A stretch of 64,000 nt of DNA from Nemertoderma westbladi (taxonomy: Eukaryota; Animalia; Xenacoelomorpha). Below the pieces are notes generated by a model. It worked only from the letters and a program-made list of their open reading frames with translations, was not told the DNA's origin and did no database searches. The first letter of the stretch is position 1, and each line of letters begins with the position of its first letter. Location: contig JAUCBJ010001223.1 in assembly GCA_032718475.1 (NCBI GenBank), positions 78,300 through 142,299 on the forward strand, read 5' to 3'. Below are positions 13,801-26,120 of the stretch, piece after piece. The position numbers were made by a program, and so were the translations under genes.

Positions 13801-14108
13801 CTGTTGACCAATTATATAAACATGAAGTAATCAAATTTATGTACGATATACATCATAAAAAGTGTTTCAATTCTCCGGAAATATATAATTTATTTACTAA
13901 AACATCTAAAGTCCACCATTACGGCACACGTTCAGTTACCAGCGATTCATTTTATGTACCTCCAATCAAACTAGTAGTAGCCATGCAATCAATACGTTAC
14001 CAGGGACCTATACTCTGGAACTCAATAGGAACCGATTATCGAAATTCTAAAACAAAAAGGTCTTTTTCGTTAAAAGTAAAACGTAAATTACTTAATAATA
14101 ATACTTAA
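10830..14108 (+). pseudogene. LINE ORF2: N-terminal PHD-like finger, APE endonuclease and RT; premature stop at 13725-13727
   Basis: CHLC..CAVC..HFQC..CIHC; APE motifs SLNCASL, FSET, GGTAVYV, IYRP, GDINID, TIDHI, SDHLP; full RT motif set. Confidence 0.93.
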
Positions 14109-14486
14109 ATGATATATTTATTAGTAATTATTAACACAATGGTCTGTCTGGTGCTTTCTACTAAATTTAATTTGTCTAATTTATTGCATTATTGTTTTAG
14201 ATTCATTGGCATCAATTATATATGTGTTGTGTTGATATGTTGCAGCTACGACTGAGTATACTAACAATTAATACCATTGTATAATAATGAAGTAATGACA
14301 TGTAAATGACAAGACTAATCAGCCCCAGCGCCCCCCCCCCCCCCCCTCCCCACCAAACCCCCTCCCTAGGCTCCAACATTTACTAGCGTTGCTACTCGTT
14401 GGTGCCTCCCAGTTATATATTTTTTGTGATTAGTGCAATTTAAATATTCTTTATTATTGGGAAATATATATTTGATTTGATTTGAT

Positions 14487-15394
14487 CAGGGTGACAAAAT
14501 GTCCCCTCATTTATTCGCACTTTTCGTCGCTGATCTCCCCGCAGCCTCGATTTTTACGGGTGTGCTAGTGCTCATGTATGCTGACGGTGTAGTGATAGTG
14601 AGTGATACCATCGAAAAAACACAGGATGCACTTATAGACTGTCACCATACTGTATAAATAACTCACTGTCTGTCAACATTGCAAAGGCAGAGGCTGTGAA
14701 ATTCCGCCGTGATGGCTGATTGGCTGTTGCTGACAAGCTTACATATAACAATAAGCAAATCAAATTTGTTTACAGTTTCAACTACCTTGGTATTGTACTA
14801 ACTGCATTTAACTCGAATTCTGGACACCTAAAACATCACTACAGTAAGGCCATTGCTGGCACCATCAGTCTATCCATCAATGTAGACCTGCAAATGGTCT
14901 CACTGTCGTCAGCGATGTGCCTCTACCAACTTGTGATCATTCCTTCTGCATTATACGGAGTGGAGGTTTTCAACCTAGATAGGGACAGCCAACTGATTCA
15001 AGTTCACCTACGAAAGATCAAAGCGTTTTACTTCAAGTTGTGGGCAGGAGTTAGCAAGTTCTCGTCTTCCACTTCTATATTAAATGCTATAGAAGACACA
15101 CCCTGTGACCCTCGGAAACTAACTCTTACCAGATTATCTGGTTTTCGTCGACGCTTCGTGGCACAACATCTGAGCAATGGACATCACCATCTGCTCTGTT
15201 TTGACTCGCGCTGTTGGAGACCAAAGCTGAACTGTGTCTGTAAACTCTGCGGAGCGGCAGCAGGCTCACCAGACCATCTATTGTCCGATTGTTCCTGGGC
15301 TGCACCGGTGACAGGAGATTCCCTGCTTGCACGACTCAAAAAGATACATGAGGCAATAGCAATCCTCGACAAACTGATCAGAATCTGCCATTAG
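14487..15394 (+). pseudogene. Older LINE, C-terminal half of RT with CCHC zinc finger
   Basis: Resumes right after the CR1/L2 tail with QGDKMSPHLFALFVADL..MYAD; then FNYLGI and C-terminal CKLC..DHLLSDC. Confidence 0.82.
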
Positions 15395-15874
15395 TAGGCC
15401 TATAGTATATGAAATAGTACTTACTACCCTGTAATGTGCATGTCAAATGTCTTGTCCTAAGTATTACGTTCTCATGTAAGTACAGAAGTAAGTAGTAATG
15501 AAGTAGGTTCTTCACGATATAACTTCCTTGATATATATTAGTCTTACATCAGTATATAATATATAGATAGAACAGTACAACAGTAGAGCACTGACTACAC
15601 CGTCACCAGTCACTTACAGCAGTATGTAAATATGGTAATGTATGTATCTCCTGCAGTACCGGTAACTATCTACCAAGCACCAGCACTTAGGTCCTATGAA
15701 ATAGATAATAATATAACACTAAGCACATATTATTATATACAATTTACAGTAATCCGACTAATACTCCTGCTAGAGTTCATTTTTAGAGTTTAGTGTTTAT
15801 GTTTCGTAGTTTATATATCTATATCTATCCATCCCTGGACATTTTTATTATTTAAAACCCGGAGCCAACGTTAA

Positions 15875-17429
15875 CCCTATTAAACCCGGGGGGTGGTCAA
15901 TATGACCTCCCCCGTGGTTTTTTTATTATAATTCTGAAACAAACACAGTTGGGAATCTGAAATTTTACGACTTTTCCTAAAAATCTATTGTCTTCCTAGT
16001 AGTGAAAACCGTTTTCAAAAATATTGGGTACTTTTCGAGTTATAGTACCATTTTTTAACCCTACTTTTGGCACTTTTTTTGAGACGTTTTTTGAAAATTA
16101 CATTTCATTAAATATGAATTGTAACATCTCTATTTTTGATTTACACCGGTTTTTTGGTGTTAGAAATTTGATGGAATTCATATAAATTGATTTAGAAATT
16201 TCAAACTTGTTTTTTTCGGTGGGTGCCAAATTTTGGTGCCAGCACCAAATTTTGAAATAAGTCAATTTTGTAAATTGATCGTTTGAAACTTGTTTTTTAC
16301 GCAATTGGGGTTTTTTGGGTTTCTGGATTCGATGAAATATATACGAGTTGCACCAAGCGTATCAAACTTGTATTTTTCGGTGCTGTGTGCAAATTTTGGT
16401 GCTAGCACGAAATTTTGAAAATCCATTCAATAGATAAAATTGCTTGTGACAATTTATTTCTTGCGTTTTAGAGGTTTATGGCTGTTCTGAATTCAATGGA
16501 AAATATAATTATCGAACTAGACATCTCAAACTTGTATTTTTCGGATGTGGGTGCAAAATGTGGTGCTAGCACCAAATTTTGAAAACCATCAAATATATCA
16601 ATTGATTGTGTCACCTTGTTTCTTGCGTTATACGGGTTTGTGATGGTTCTGAATTCAATGGAATCAGTAAAAATTTCATAAGAGTTCTCAAACTTGTATT
16701 TTTCGCCGGTGGGTGAAAATTGTTGTGCCAGCACCAAATTTTGGAAAATATGCAAATTGATAAGTAGATAGTATCACCTTGTTTCTTGCGTTATACGGGT
16801 TTATGAGGGTCCTGAATCCGATGGAATCAATAAAAACAGCACTGGACATCGCAAACTTGTACTTTTTGGTGATGGGTACGAAATTTGGTGCTAGCACCAA
16901 AATTTGCCAAATTACGCCGAAAAATACAAGTAGCAATGATCTGGCATATTAGAAATGTATTCCATTAGAATCAGCGCCCTCGAAAACCTGAAAATGTGAA
17001 TTTATAGCATCGTATAAGTGAATTAAAAATTTTGTGTTCTAACTGAAAAGTGCTGGTTACTTGTTTTTTTCATTTTTTTCCTACGCAGAGAGGACTAAAC
17101 AGCCATTTATAGTAATCATATCATTTTTTAATATTTTCCAATGTATTTTGCACCCCAGAAAACCTGTATTGAAAAATAATTAGCCGAAAATGTAACTTTC
17201 AAATTTGGTGAAAATTGTGCACTACTTGTAATTTTGGTGCTGCAATATAACCACCCCAGTAGATATTATCGAAAAAAAATTTTTCGGTCGGATCCAGACA
17301 AGTGATACCTACGTACAAACAAAAAATCAGACGTTTTCGTAAATATTTGTAGATTTTAGAGGGGGGGGGTCAAAATGACCCGGTATTTTTTACCGGTTTA
17401 TACCGTTTTATAGCCCGGTATTAATAGGG
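15875..17429. mobile_element. Non-autonomous piggyBac-like DNA transposon with internal ~120-bp tandem repeats
   Basis: TTAA TSD at 15871-15874 and 17430-17433; TIR CCCTATTAA..CCGG / CCGG..TTAATAGGG; empty site present at 25233-25236. Confidence 0.88.
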
Positions 17430-17780
17430 TTAATGTTTCAAAAGTTTAAATTTCGAAGTATCAATAATATAGAAGTTATACCAGATTTCCAGCTTTCAAA
17501 TCCTGCAACATTGGCTTCCATCATTCCTGTACATCCGACGAGGTCAGCTGTGAGTAACTTGTCAAAATCTCAACGTTTTCCATATTATAATTCGTTTATC
17601 ATTGTCATATCATTGTAATTCGCTATTTTCGGAATTAGCGCCAAAATTACCCTGTAGGTATCAAAACCATAAAAGATTATTTTTGAAAAAATTTGAATAC
17701 TGTTTGGTCAGTTGGAATCAGGCAACAATTTTAATGTCATTTTTATCGTGGTAGCTATTCTGGGACACTTTCTCTATATA

Positions 17781-18462
17781 CAGTACAGGCCACCAGAAAA
17801 AGCAGATTTCATCCAATGTGATCACATGTGAACACATTTGTTCAAGTCATCTGATTGGCAGGTTATGGCGAGTTATCTTCTAGATCACACAGCAGGAGGT
17901 TAACTTGCTGGGACCGACAAAGGCTTTGTGTGCGGTGCGCCTGTATGTCTGATATCAGGTAGATGACCAGGGCGTAACATTGCGGACATGGGCTGTATTG
18001 GTAGAGAGAGAACTACATACAAGACCACATGGAGGTTCACGGAGTGTATGGGTGGAGGAGCCTAGACCATTGAATTATTAATTTAGTGCAGGGAGATGTC
18101 GCGCCATTAGTCTGACACCGAGAGGGCACAGAGAAACACCAGAAGATGCCTTAACATCACTAACTATAGGCCTGCCTACTAGACACTATTAACCGCACAC
18201 TATAAAGGTAAACAAAATCCTTATCGCATTTCCAGCTGCAGTGAGTGACAGTTAGCGGCAAACTACAGAGAGTTTCCAGATTACTAAGCGTTTCAAAAGT
18301 ATTCAATTGTATCCTTTGGCGAAAAAATTTTGGTTGTTGCCAATTCAATTATGTTCAATTATGTTCAATTGTCCCGTTCAACAACATTACATTACACTGG
18401 TACACATTTGATAAAATGTGTTCACAATTGTACAAATCTGCGTTTTCTGGTGGCCTGTACTG
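17781..18462. mobile_element. Tc1/mariner-type MITE
   Basis: TA TSD; ~29-bp TIR CAGTACAGGCCACCAGAAAA.GCAGATTT at both ends. Confidence 0.85.
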
Positions 18463-19339
18463 TATCTATTAATTTATATATCTATATCTATCATGATACT
18501 ACAATGATACATACATGATAGGATATAATGACTTTTATCCTTGGCTAAAAAATTATGACGCAATTGCATGGTATAAATTCCATCGGACTATTATAACACA
18601 AATAATTCACCGAAATTATTATGTGTTGTCGTTAAAGTAGTCCATTGCACTGCAAAATATATTTACATATACAGTATAAGTCAATGATGCAATTCTTATG
18701 ACATCTGTTTCTGTATTTATGTAACAGCGGGTCGCCGGATTCATATTCATAGTTGCATCTAATAAATATACTTTATTTATTGATTTATTAATCCCCCCAA
18801 CATTCCATCTATGGAAATAGCTGTATTGTGAGAAGTACTGTATATAAGCTGATATAATACTGTCATTGTCTAAACATTGATACACATTGTTGGGTAAATA
18901 TAAATTGTTGGATTCGAATTTCGAATAATTAGTAGAAGACCGTTAGGTCTTCTTACTGTAAAAGTATTCGCTATCTATCTATGTATGACGCATGTATTTC
19001 GGGTGAACTCCTCTGAAGCTATAGCTCATCCGTCAATGAAAGTTATATCAATCGACGCAGCTCAACCCCAGGATGTGGAAAAATGTTTCAAAAAATATTA
19101 TTAAAGTGTCTTTTTTTTATTTAGAAAAATAGGCCCAAAATACGAAAATTACAATAGACTAAATGATAAAAACACCAGCTGCAGGTTTGCTTAAGGGCCT
19201 GTAAGCTACTACTATTTATTGAAGTAAAAAATTTATTACGCATGACATTTACCCCAGCAATACGACTGCGATGCTGGACTTGCTGTATGTTATATATAAT
19301 ATCTGTTTACTGGTGTACTGACTCAATAGGCCTATAGCA

Positions 19340-22300
19340 TACAGTCTGCACGGTGGCACGATCAATCTGCATTCCTTGTCGCGTTCTCGACTATAGACTA
19401 CTCCTACTCAGTCGGGGCTCGGTACCACGTCCACCCCAGGGACTGTCCCACCGTAACGGTGGGCGGCGGCACGGCGTTGCGTTTGAGGCAATCTGTGACC
19501 AACTTGTTTTCTCAGGTCGGTGGGAGGGCGGTCCGACAGCCGCGGAGCGAGGTTTGTTCTTTCTCATCCAACTCGATCATCGCACCTCAATCATCCTCTT
19601 AATCACCATCCCAATCAGCCATCTACCCACCGGCTAATCAGCCCACAGTGAGCTGCCATTGTCTGATTGTTAACTGTCAATTCACTTAATTACTTTAATT
19701 CATTATTAAATTCATTATTAATTTCATATTTATATCCGCTTGTATTAGCTGTTATCTCAAATCCACTCACATTTAAAATCTACCACCATTCCTGCTACAG
19801 CCAACTAATTCTGGCTCAATTTCATTTTCACCATAATTATCATTATAACTGATCAGCTTGTCGTTTTATTTCTGTTATGTATGTGCCATATGTGTGTGTG
19901 TCTTGTCTATGTTGTGCTGTATTGTTTTGTTTGACTGCCCTTATTCTCAGCCTGTCAATCAATTCCTATTTGTCGTTAGTATTTCATATCACAGCTGCCT
20001 GCAACCTGATCATCTTATCCCATCAGCTTCAGTTTAATTTAACCATAAATTGTCTGTTGGACTTTCTCTAATCACATAACAACAATTAATTTAATTAATT
20101 AATCACATAATCGTGTTATCTTCACTTAACAGTGATCAATCAATTATTGTACATTGTGTGTGATACATTACTTACTTATCTGTAGATACGATTTTACCCA
20201 GTCTAGGTTTCACCAATATTATATCTCGCCCCCCCCCCCCCCCCCCCCCCCCCATTCCAACCATGAACACCAATAATGGTAGTGTCATTGATCTATCAGA
20301 AAGCATTCTTCGAAACGACCAACCTCCTACCTCGGAAAAGTCCTACTTATTAGCCGGTGTCCCCCTAGCAGAACACCATTTGAATACACTTAGTAACCGG
20401 GAAGGTTGGCTATCTGACTGCCTGATAGACGCCATTATCAGTCATTTCTGTAACCAGTTTCACGGTAGGGCAAAGATCTTTAGTTCCCATTTTTTGAATA
20501 TATTTTCGGACCGGGGATCTCACATAACTCATCGCCAAACAAATACCGGTATATTGGACTATGATTTCCTGTTTTTCCCAGTAAATATTAGAGGGTTTCA
20601 CTGGGCTCTGGCCGTTGTACGACCGAAAGCTGGATTGATCCACTACTTTGATTCTCTTAAGTGGGCTAACCCAGGTATACTTAATGCTATTCAACAATGG
20701 ACTTCATTTGAGGCTTCTAGAAGCAACATCTCCCCTATAAAATTAATCGTAAAGCAGCTACCACACAGGCTTCAATACAATAGCCATGAGTGCGGAATTT
20801 ATGTATGTAGGTTCGCCAAGATGTTCCTTGATAACGGATCCCTTGATGGTATCAATGATAAATCCATTCATGACTTTCGAATTTGGTTATCTTTAATGGT
20901 CAGGTCATCAGTCACCATAGTCCAGCCAGTATTATCCCCCAAATCTCCCTATATCGGTGCTAACGTCCCAGTTCCTACCACCAACGCCACCCCAAAGCCC
21001 AGTTCCAAGAGCCAAGTTCCTACCCCAGCAACCCCCACCCTTCCTCTCACCATAGAATCCAACCCATCCCCCATCCCTGTTCCTCACCAAGTTCATACAG
21101 CGCCAAAACAAGCTTCCAATCCTGTTCCCAATGAGATCCCTAGTCTGTCTCCGAACAAAGTCCACCCCCAAGTTCCCCTCCAATTTCCAAACCCTACTAA
21201 AGCACCATCACCAAGCTTTACAAAGACTGTCAATACGCAGGAGTCGATGTTTAGTACTTTTGGGGGTACAGACCCCTCCTTGCCAGTAAACACTGAACCC
21301 CAAATTCTCTCCCAAACTGTGTTTCCGGCAACCACATCTCATCCCCCACCATTCGATTCACCATTAACTTCACTTGAACCAATACAGTGTGAACCAGCCA
21401 ACACAACAAACCATTCCCAAATGGTTTCACCAACAGACGTTTGCCCCGCTCAGCTCCCAGGAAACCCTCAACAGACCCACTCGGTTTCTGCTGGCCCCAT
21501 TTTTGATCCCGACGGTACATACGAGCAACTTTCGCCAATTACAGCATCCCAGCCTCCTCCTGCATCTAACCTTTCACCAACCAATGCCAAAGGACCAGCG
21601 CCAACACTACCCAACAATTTATACACGGTCACACAGCCCTTAGAATCACAAACATCACTATCCAACAACCAGCTCCCTAGTAGCTCATCCCAGTCCTCCA
21701 GTACTCCCAACTGCCCTGTCTGCAACACTCCATTCAGACGGAAATGGCTAATCCAATGCAGTTCATGCCTGAAACAGTTCCATGGATCTTGTGTGTCCCT
21801 TACCAAAAAGGCCCTTAACAAGGACCCTTCCCAAATTCCTCTTTGGCAATGCAGGCATTGCAAGCAGATACCCAATCTCATCAATAAGGAAGGTGAGGCA
21901 CACCTCCCACCCCTACCTGTTCTCAAAGACATTACTTCTGATTCCTTCCTTTGTGTGTTTGATGTCCTATCCCGGATCAGGACCCTCAATCGTATTCCAC
22001 GTGGTGCCAGACTCAGAGCAGCAGCAACGTATACGCACCTTTGTGATGCACTCGCACTTGACAACAGCCCAGAAAATTGGCTCAGACTTCTTGCATTCCC
22101 TTTTGCACTTCGAGTTCCTTCACAAGGCCATCGCCTGAGGAGAGGTCCTAAGGCAAGAGGACAACCTATAAAATCACTTACTACTAAAGTTAAGGAACAA
22201 ATTGCGGAGTTCGAGGACCTAGCTAAATCTACAGAGCCTTTCACCCTTCCACACCAGAGCCAGCCAACAGGGCATTCGGAACGTAAATCGAAGCTGACCG

Positions 22301-24790
22301 ATCCCGACAACCAACTAGGAAAATTAATATCAGCAAAGATCGAAGAAGGTAATGTTAAGGCGGCAGCTCGCTTAGCCACTTCCACAACCACGATTGCACC
22401 TCCGACTGATGAAACCCTAAGAGCCCTACAGTCTCTCCACCCAACCCGCCCAGCTGAGGACCTTGAGGGAGTACCCTCGATTGAGGAAGCAGAAGTACCC
22501 CTACTTGAACTCTCATATCCACAAATCTTGAAGTCAATTAGGTTCTTCCCAAATGGATCAGCAGCAGGACCTGATAATTTCAGGCCTCAGTTCTTCAAGG
22601 ATATGGTATCTTCACCAGCAGGTGATGGTGCCTTGAGTTGTCTCAAAGCCACTACTGCAGTGGCCAACCTAATGATTAAAGGCGTAGTGCACGAGGTAGT
22701 TTTCCCTTTACGGCGCTCGGCTCTGTGCCTTCACAAAGCCATTAGGGGGTATCCGGCCGATTGCAGTAGGTTGCACCTTACGCCGTACTTAATCCAGACT
22801 TAAACTAGGTCCCCACCAGCTTGGATTCGGGACACCACGAGGCGCCGAGGCAGCGGTCCATGCTTCAAGGCGATTCTTGAGCGAGTCCACCGACGAGGTG
22901 ATCATGGTGAAGATAGACTTCTCTAATGCCGTTAACAGCGTTCACAGAGGGCCTGTCCTGAGGTCGGTACTTAATAACCTCCCACCCCTCTACAACCTCG
23001 CATACCAGTCGTATTCCAAACCAACTCACCTATTCTATAGAGGCTCTATAATCCCGTCAGATAATGGGGTGCAGCAGGGTGATCCCCTTGCATCCCTTTT
23101 CTTTAGCAGCGATACAATTGAGCTGGTTGACAGTCTCGAATCTCCACTGAATGTGTGGTTTCTCGACGACGGATCATTGGGAGGGACAGTCGAGGAGGTC
23201 GGAGCTGACTTGAGGAGAATCATCGAGGAGGCTGCCAAGTTGGGCCTAGTGATTAAGGCATCAAAGTGTGAAATGATATTCGGTAAGCACTTCCCCGACA
23301 GTCTCAAGGATGCAACTTCTAGCTTATTCGAATCCATCACCCCAGGCATTAAGGTTCAGGAGCTTTTGGAATCGTCACTACTCGGTGCACCACTCGGTGA
23401 TTCGTCCCTAGAGACTGCGCTACAGACCAAGATATCTGAACTCGGTAGACTAGAAGAGTGTCTTCAGCTTCTGAGAGCACACGATGCCCTCTATCTGCTT
23501 AGGCACTGCTTTGCAATCCCTAAATTTATGTACCTCCTACGTTGTGCTCCAGCCTTCAGATCGCACCAGCTGGATGATCTCGACCGAGCCATCCAGCAAG
23601 CACTTGAAGTAGCAATCAACACAAAACTCAACAAGGATGCTTGGATCCAATCAGCCCTTCCCATTTCTATGGGGGGCCTGGGAGTCCGGAGTACGAGGGA
23701 CGTCGCTATACCTGCCTTCTTGGCTTCTGTCTACGGATGCAGTCCCCTACTCCATTCTCTCTTGCCCGCCAGTTTGATTAGCATTGAAGATCCACTCCTA
23801 TGCATTGCGATTGACAACCTTCCCAAAGACTTCATGCCACCTACCAACCATGCCATTCAGAGGAACTGGGACACCCCACTTTGCATAGAACGCCGTGATG
23901 ACCTCATCAATCGAACATCAACTCCAAAGGATAGGGCACGACTGCTAGCGACGAGAGCGGATCATTCTGGCGACTGGCTGCAGGCACTCCCTGTATCAGC
24001 GCTAGGACTTAGGCTCAACGACGATGAGCTACGCATAGGAGTCGCCCTCCGCCTCGGTAGCCCCATATGTGAAGAGCATTCCTGTAGAGGTTGTGGGGTG
24101 TTGGTGGACAGGAGTGGAACCCACGGCCTCAGCTGTCTCCATAATTATGGAAAATACACCCGTCATGCTGAGGCCAATGACATAATACACCGAGCCCTCT
24201 CATCAGCAGGTGTTTCCTCCACACTAGAGCCCCGCGGCCTAGCCATAGATGGCAAGAAACCAGACGGAGTGACATTGGGCCCCTGGTCTTCAGGCCGCCC
24301 ACTAGTGTGGGACTACACCTGTCGTGATACGTTGGCCCAAACGTATCTACCAGCCACATCCCAGGAAGCAGGAACAGCAGCAACCATCGCCGAATCAACC
24401 AAAGGCTCTAAGTATGCAGCCCTGCAACACACAACTATATATTCCGTACCATTGCGACAGAAACCCTGGGACCAGTAGGAGTCGAAGGCACTGAAACACT
24501 TCGCGAAATAGGGCGCAGGATCAGCAATCGGACAGGGGAACCCCGTTCCACTGCATACCTGTTTCAACGCCTTTCAATAGCCACCATCCGAGGGAATGCA
24601 GTAGCAGTTCTTGGCACCCTCCCCAGTCAGGCTTGCTTGGACGAGGTCTTCCTTATCTGAAACCTCCTTCACTCCGTCTATCCTTCTCTACCACCACCTA
24701 GTCTCTTAATCTCTATTCTTGTCCCCACCGAGCCAATCAGTCAGTCTCCGGTCGCCATTCTCATTGTAATTCTTCTGACATCATTAAGTT
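19340..24790 (+). mobile_element. CRE-clade non-LTR retrotransposon (RLE type) carrying a Ulp1 protease and a PHD finger
   Basis: Single long frameshifted ORF with CRE-type RT and RLE motifs; GC-rich 5' region; outer boundaries approximate, no TSD found. Confidence 0.85.
20263..24660 (+). pseudogene. Polyprotein Ulp1(C48)-Pro/Ser/Thr linker-PHD-RT-CCHC-RLE, with frameshifts near 22700, 22790 and 24435
   Basis: Ulp1: WLSD, FPVNIRGFHWAL, YFDSL, QYNSHECG. PHD: CPVC..IQCSSC..FHGSC..WQCRHC. RT: GSAAGPD, GIRPIAVG, QLGFG..GAEAAVH, DFSNA, GVQQGDPL, FLDDG. RLE: CRGC..HGLSC, RH, KPDG..DYTC, K..KY, FQRLSIA..RGNA; stop at 24658-24660. Confidence 0.9.
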
Positions 24791-25130
24791 ATTTATATAC
24801 TAATCAAACGAAAATTTGTTATTTAATTACATGTATTATATATAAGATTTTCTTTATGTAGCTACTGTATTTATATTTAACTGTTTGAATTTCTGACATA
24901 TTTGTTACCGGGTAATTATTTATTAAATTCAGAAACATTTATTGAATGGATAGGCCCAAACTGCAGAGAAGTATATTACTTGTCAAGTTTATTACAATCT
25001 CACTCTATCCCAGAAAGTAAGAGTACATGATACTATCATTATACTACCTGTGTATGTGGTGCTGTGGCTGTGGCTGATGGTTTAGGTTACCATTCGCTTC
25101 AATGCAATTCTGGAACACTTTCTCTATCTA

Positions 25131-25400
25131 TCTAGAGTTCATTTTTAGAGTTTAGTGTTTATGTTTCGTAGTTTATATATCTATATCTATCCATCCCTGG
25201 ACATTTGTATTATTTAAAACCCGGAGCCAACGTTAATGTTTCAAAAGTTTAAATTTCGAAGTATCAATAATATAGTAGTTATACCAGATTTTCAGCTTTC
25301 AAATCCTGCAACATTGGCTTTCATCATTCCTGTACATCCGACTAGGTGAGCTGCGAGTAACTTGTCTGTACCTCAACGTTTTCCATATCATTATAATTCG
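25131..25400 (+). repeat. Uninterrupted copy of the repeat that is split at 15770-15874 / 17430-17600
   Basis: CTAGAGTTCATTTTTAGAG..GGAGCCAACG-TTAA-TGTTTCAAAAG is contiguous here. Confidence 0.85.
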
Positions 25401-25525
25401 TTTAGATATTTTGTAATTATTTACAATAAATTAGGTCTGATCTTAAAAAAACTCTTTGGTAATACATACAATTTTTTTCATTATTACTGTGGAGAGCGCT
25501 ATACTTGCCCATAGTTCCAACCAAC

Positions 25526-25773
25526 ATGATAATAACGCATAAGCCGTTCCATACCATTTATGGTTGTAGTGTGGCATTATTCATTGTAATGATTGCCATG
25601 ATCATCTCATCCTGCAGAGGTCAGCAGGATGAATGTGTACCCCACATAGAGTTGTACACCCAGGATAAACTTCAAGGAACTAAATACGACGTGTACGAGG
25701 ATACCAACATGGCAGAACTCATCAACCTCGGCATCAATGATCAGGTGGCATCTGTCAATATCATCTGTGGGAT
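25526..25773 (+). CDS. Exon 1 of a secreted beta/gamma-crystallin-domain protein (signal peptide plus first Greek key)
   Basis: Hydrophobic leader SVALFIVMIAMIISSCRG; IELY..LQG..INDQVASVNIICG; GTAAGT donor at 25774 (phase 2). Confidence 0.8.
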
Positions 25774-25962
25774 GTAAGTATTATTAAGTAAATATACTTC
25801 ATATAAATCCTACGTAACTTCCAATCTGATCAGATTCTTTATATTTGTTATTATATTTACTAAACCCAAATTTAGTTGAAAGCATGATGGCATCAATTTA
25901 ATATATTCGCATTTGTTCAACCTGATTAACCTGATTAGTACAGGCGAGTCTTTTCTATTTAG

Positions 25963-26120
25963 ATGGCTATTGTACCAGGACGACTTTGATGGGCAAATTG
26001 ACGTCGTTATGCCTGGCAATTTCTCAACCAATCAGCTTGTTGACACAGCGAATAATATCAGTTCAGTTCGACTTGTACCACAGAATGGTGTGACACTTTT
26101 CGAGAAACCATATTACAAAG
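25963..26120 (+). CDS. Exon 2 of the beta/gamma-crystallin-domain gene
   Basis: TTTTCTATTTAG acceptor; splice gives CGIWLLYQDDFDG..PGNF..NNISSVR..VTLFEKPYYKG; GT donor at 26121 (phase 1). Confidence 0.82.

Larger units (their letters stand above)
9211..14486 (+). mobile_element. Full-length CR1/L2-group LINE, copy 2
   Basis: 5' UTR, ORF1, spacer, ORF2 (PHD-APE-RT), 3' stem-loop and (TTTGA)n tail ending at 14486; 5' boundary approximate. Confidence 0.92.

Noticed and set aside
16050-16960. Repeat-spacer-like pattern of ~120-bp period
   Set aside because: These are diverged tandem repeats internal to a TTAA transposon; the 'spacers' are homologous to one another.
21468-22391. 307-aa antisense ORF
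   Set aside because: It shadows the CRE ORF on the opposite strand and has no recognisable motifs.
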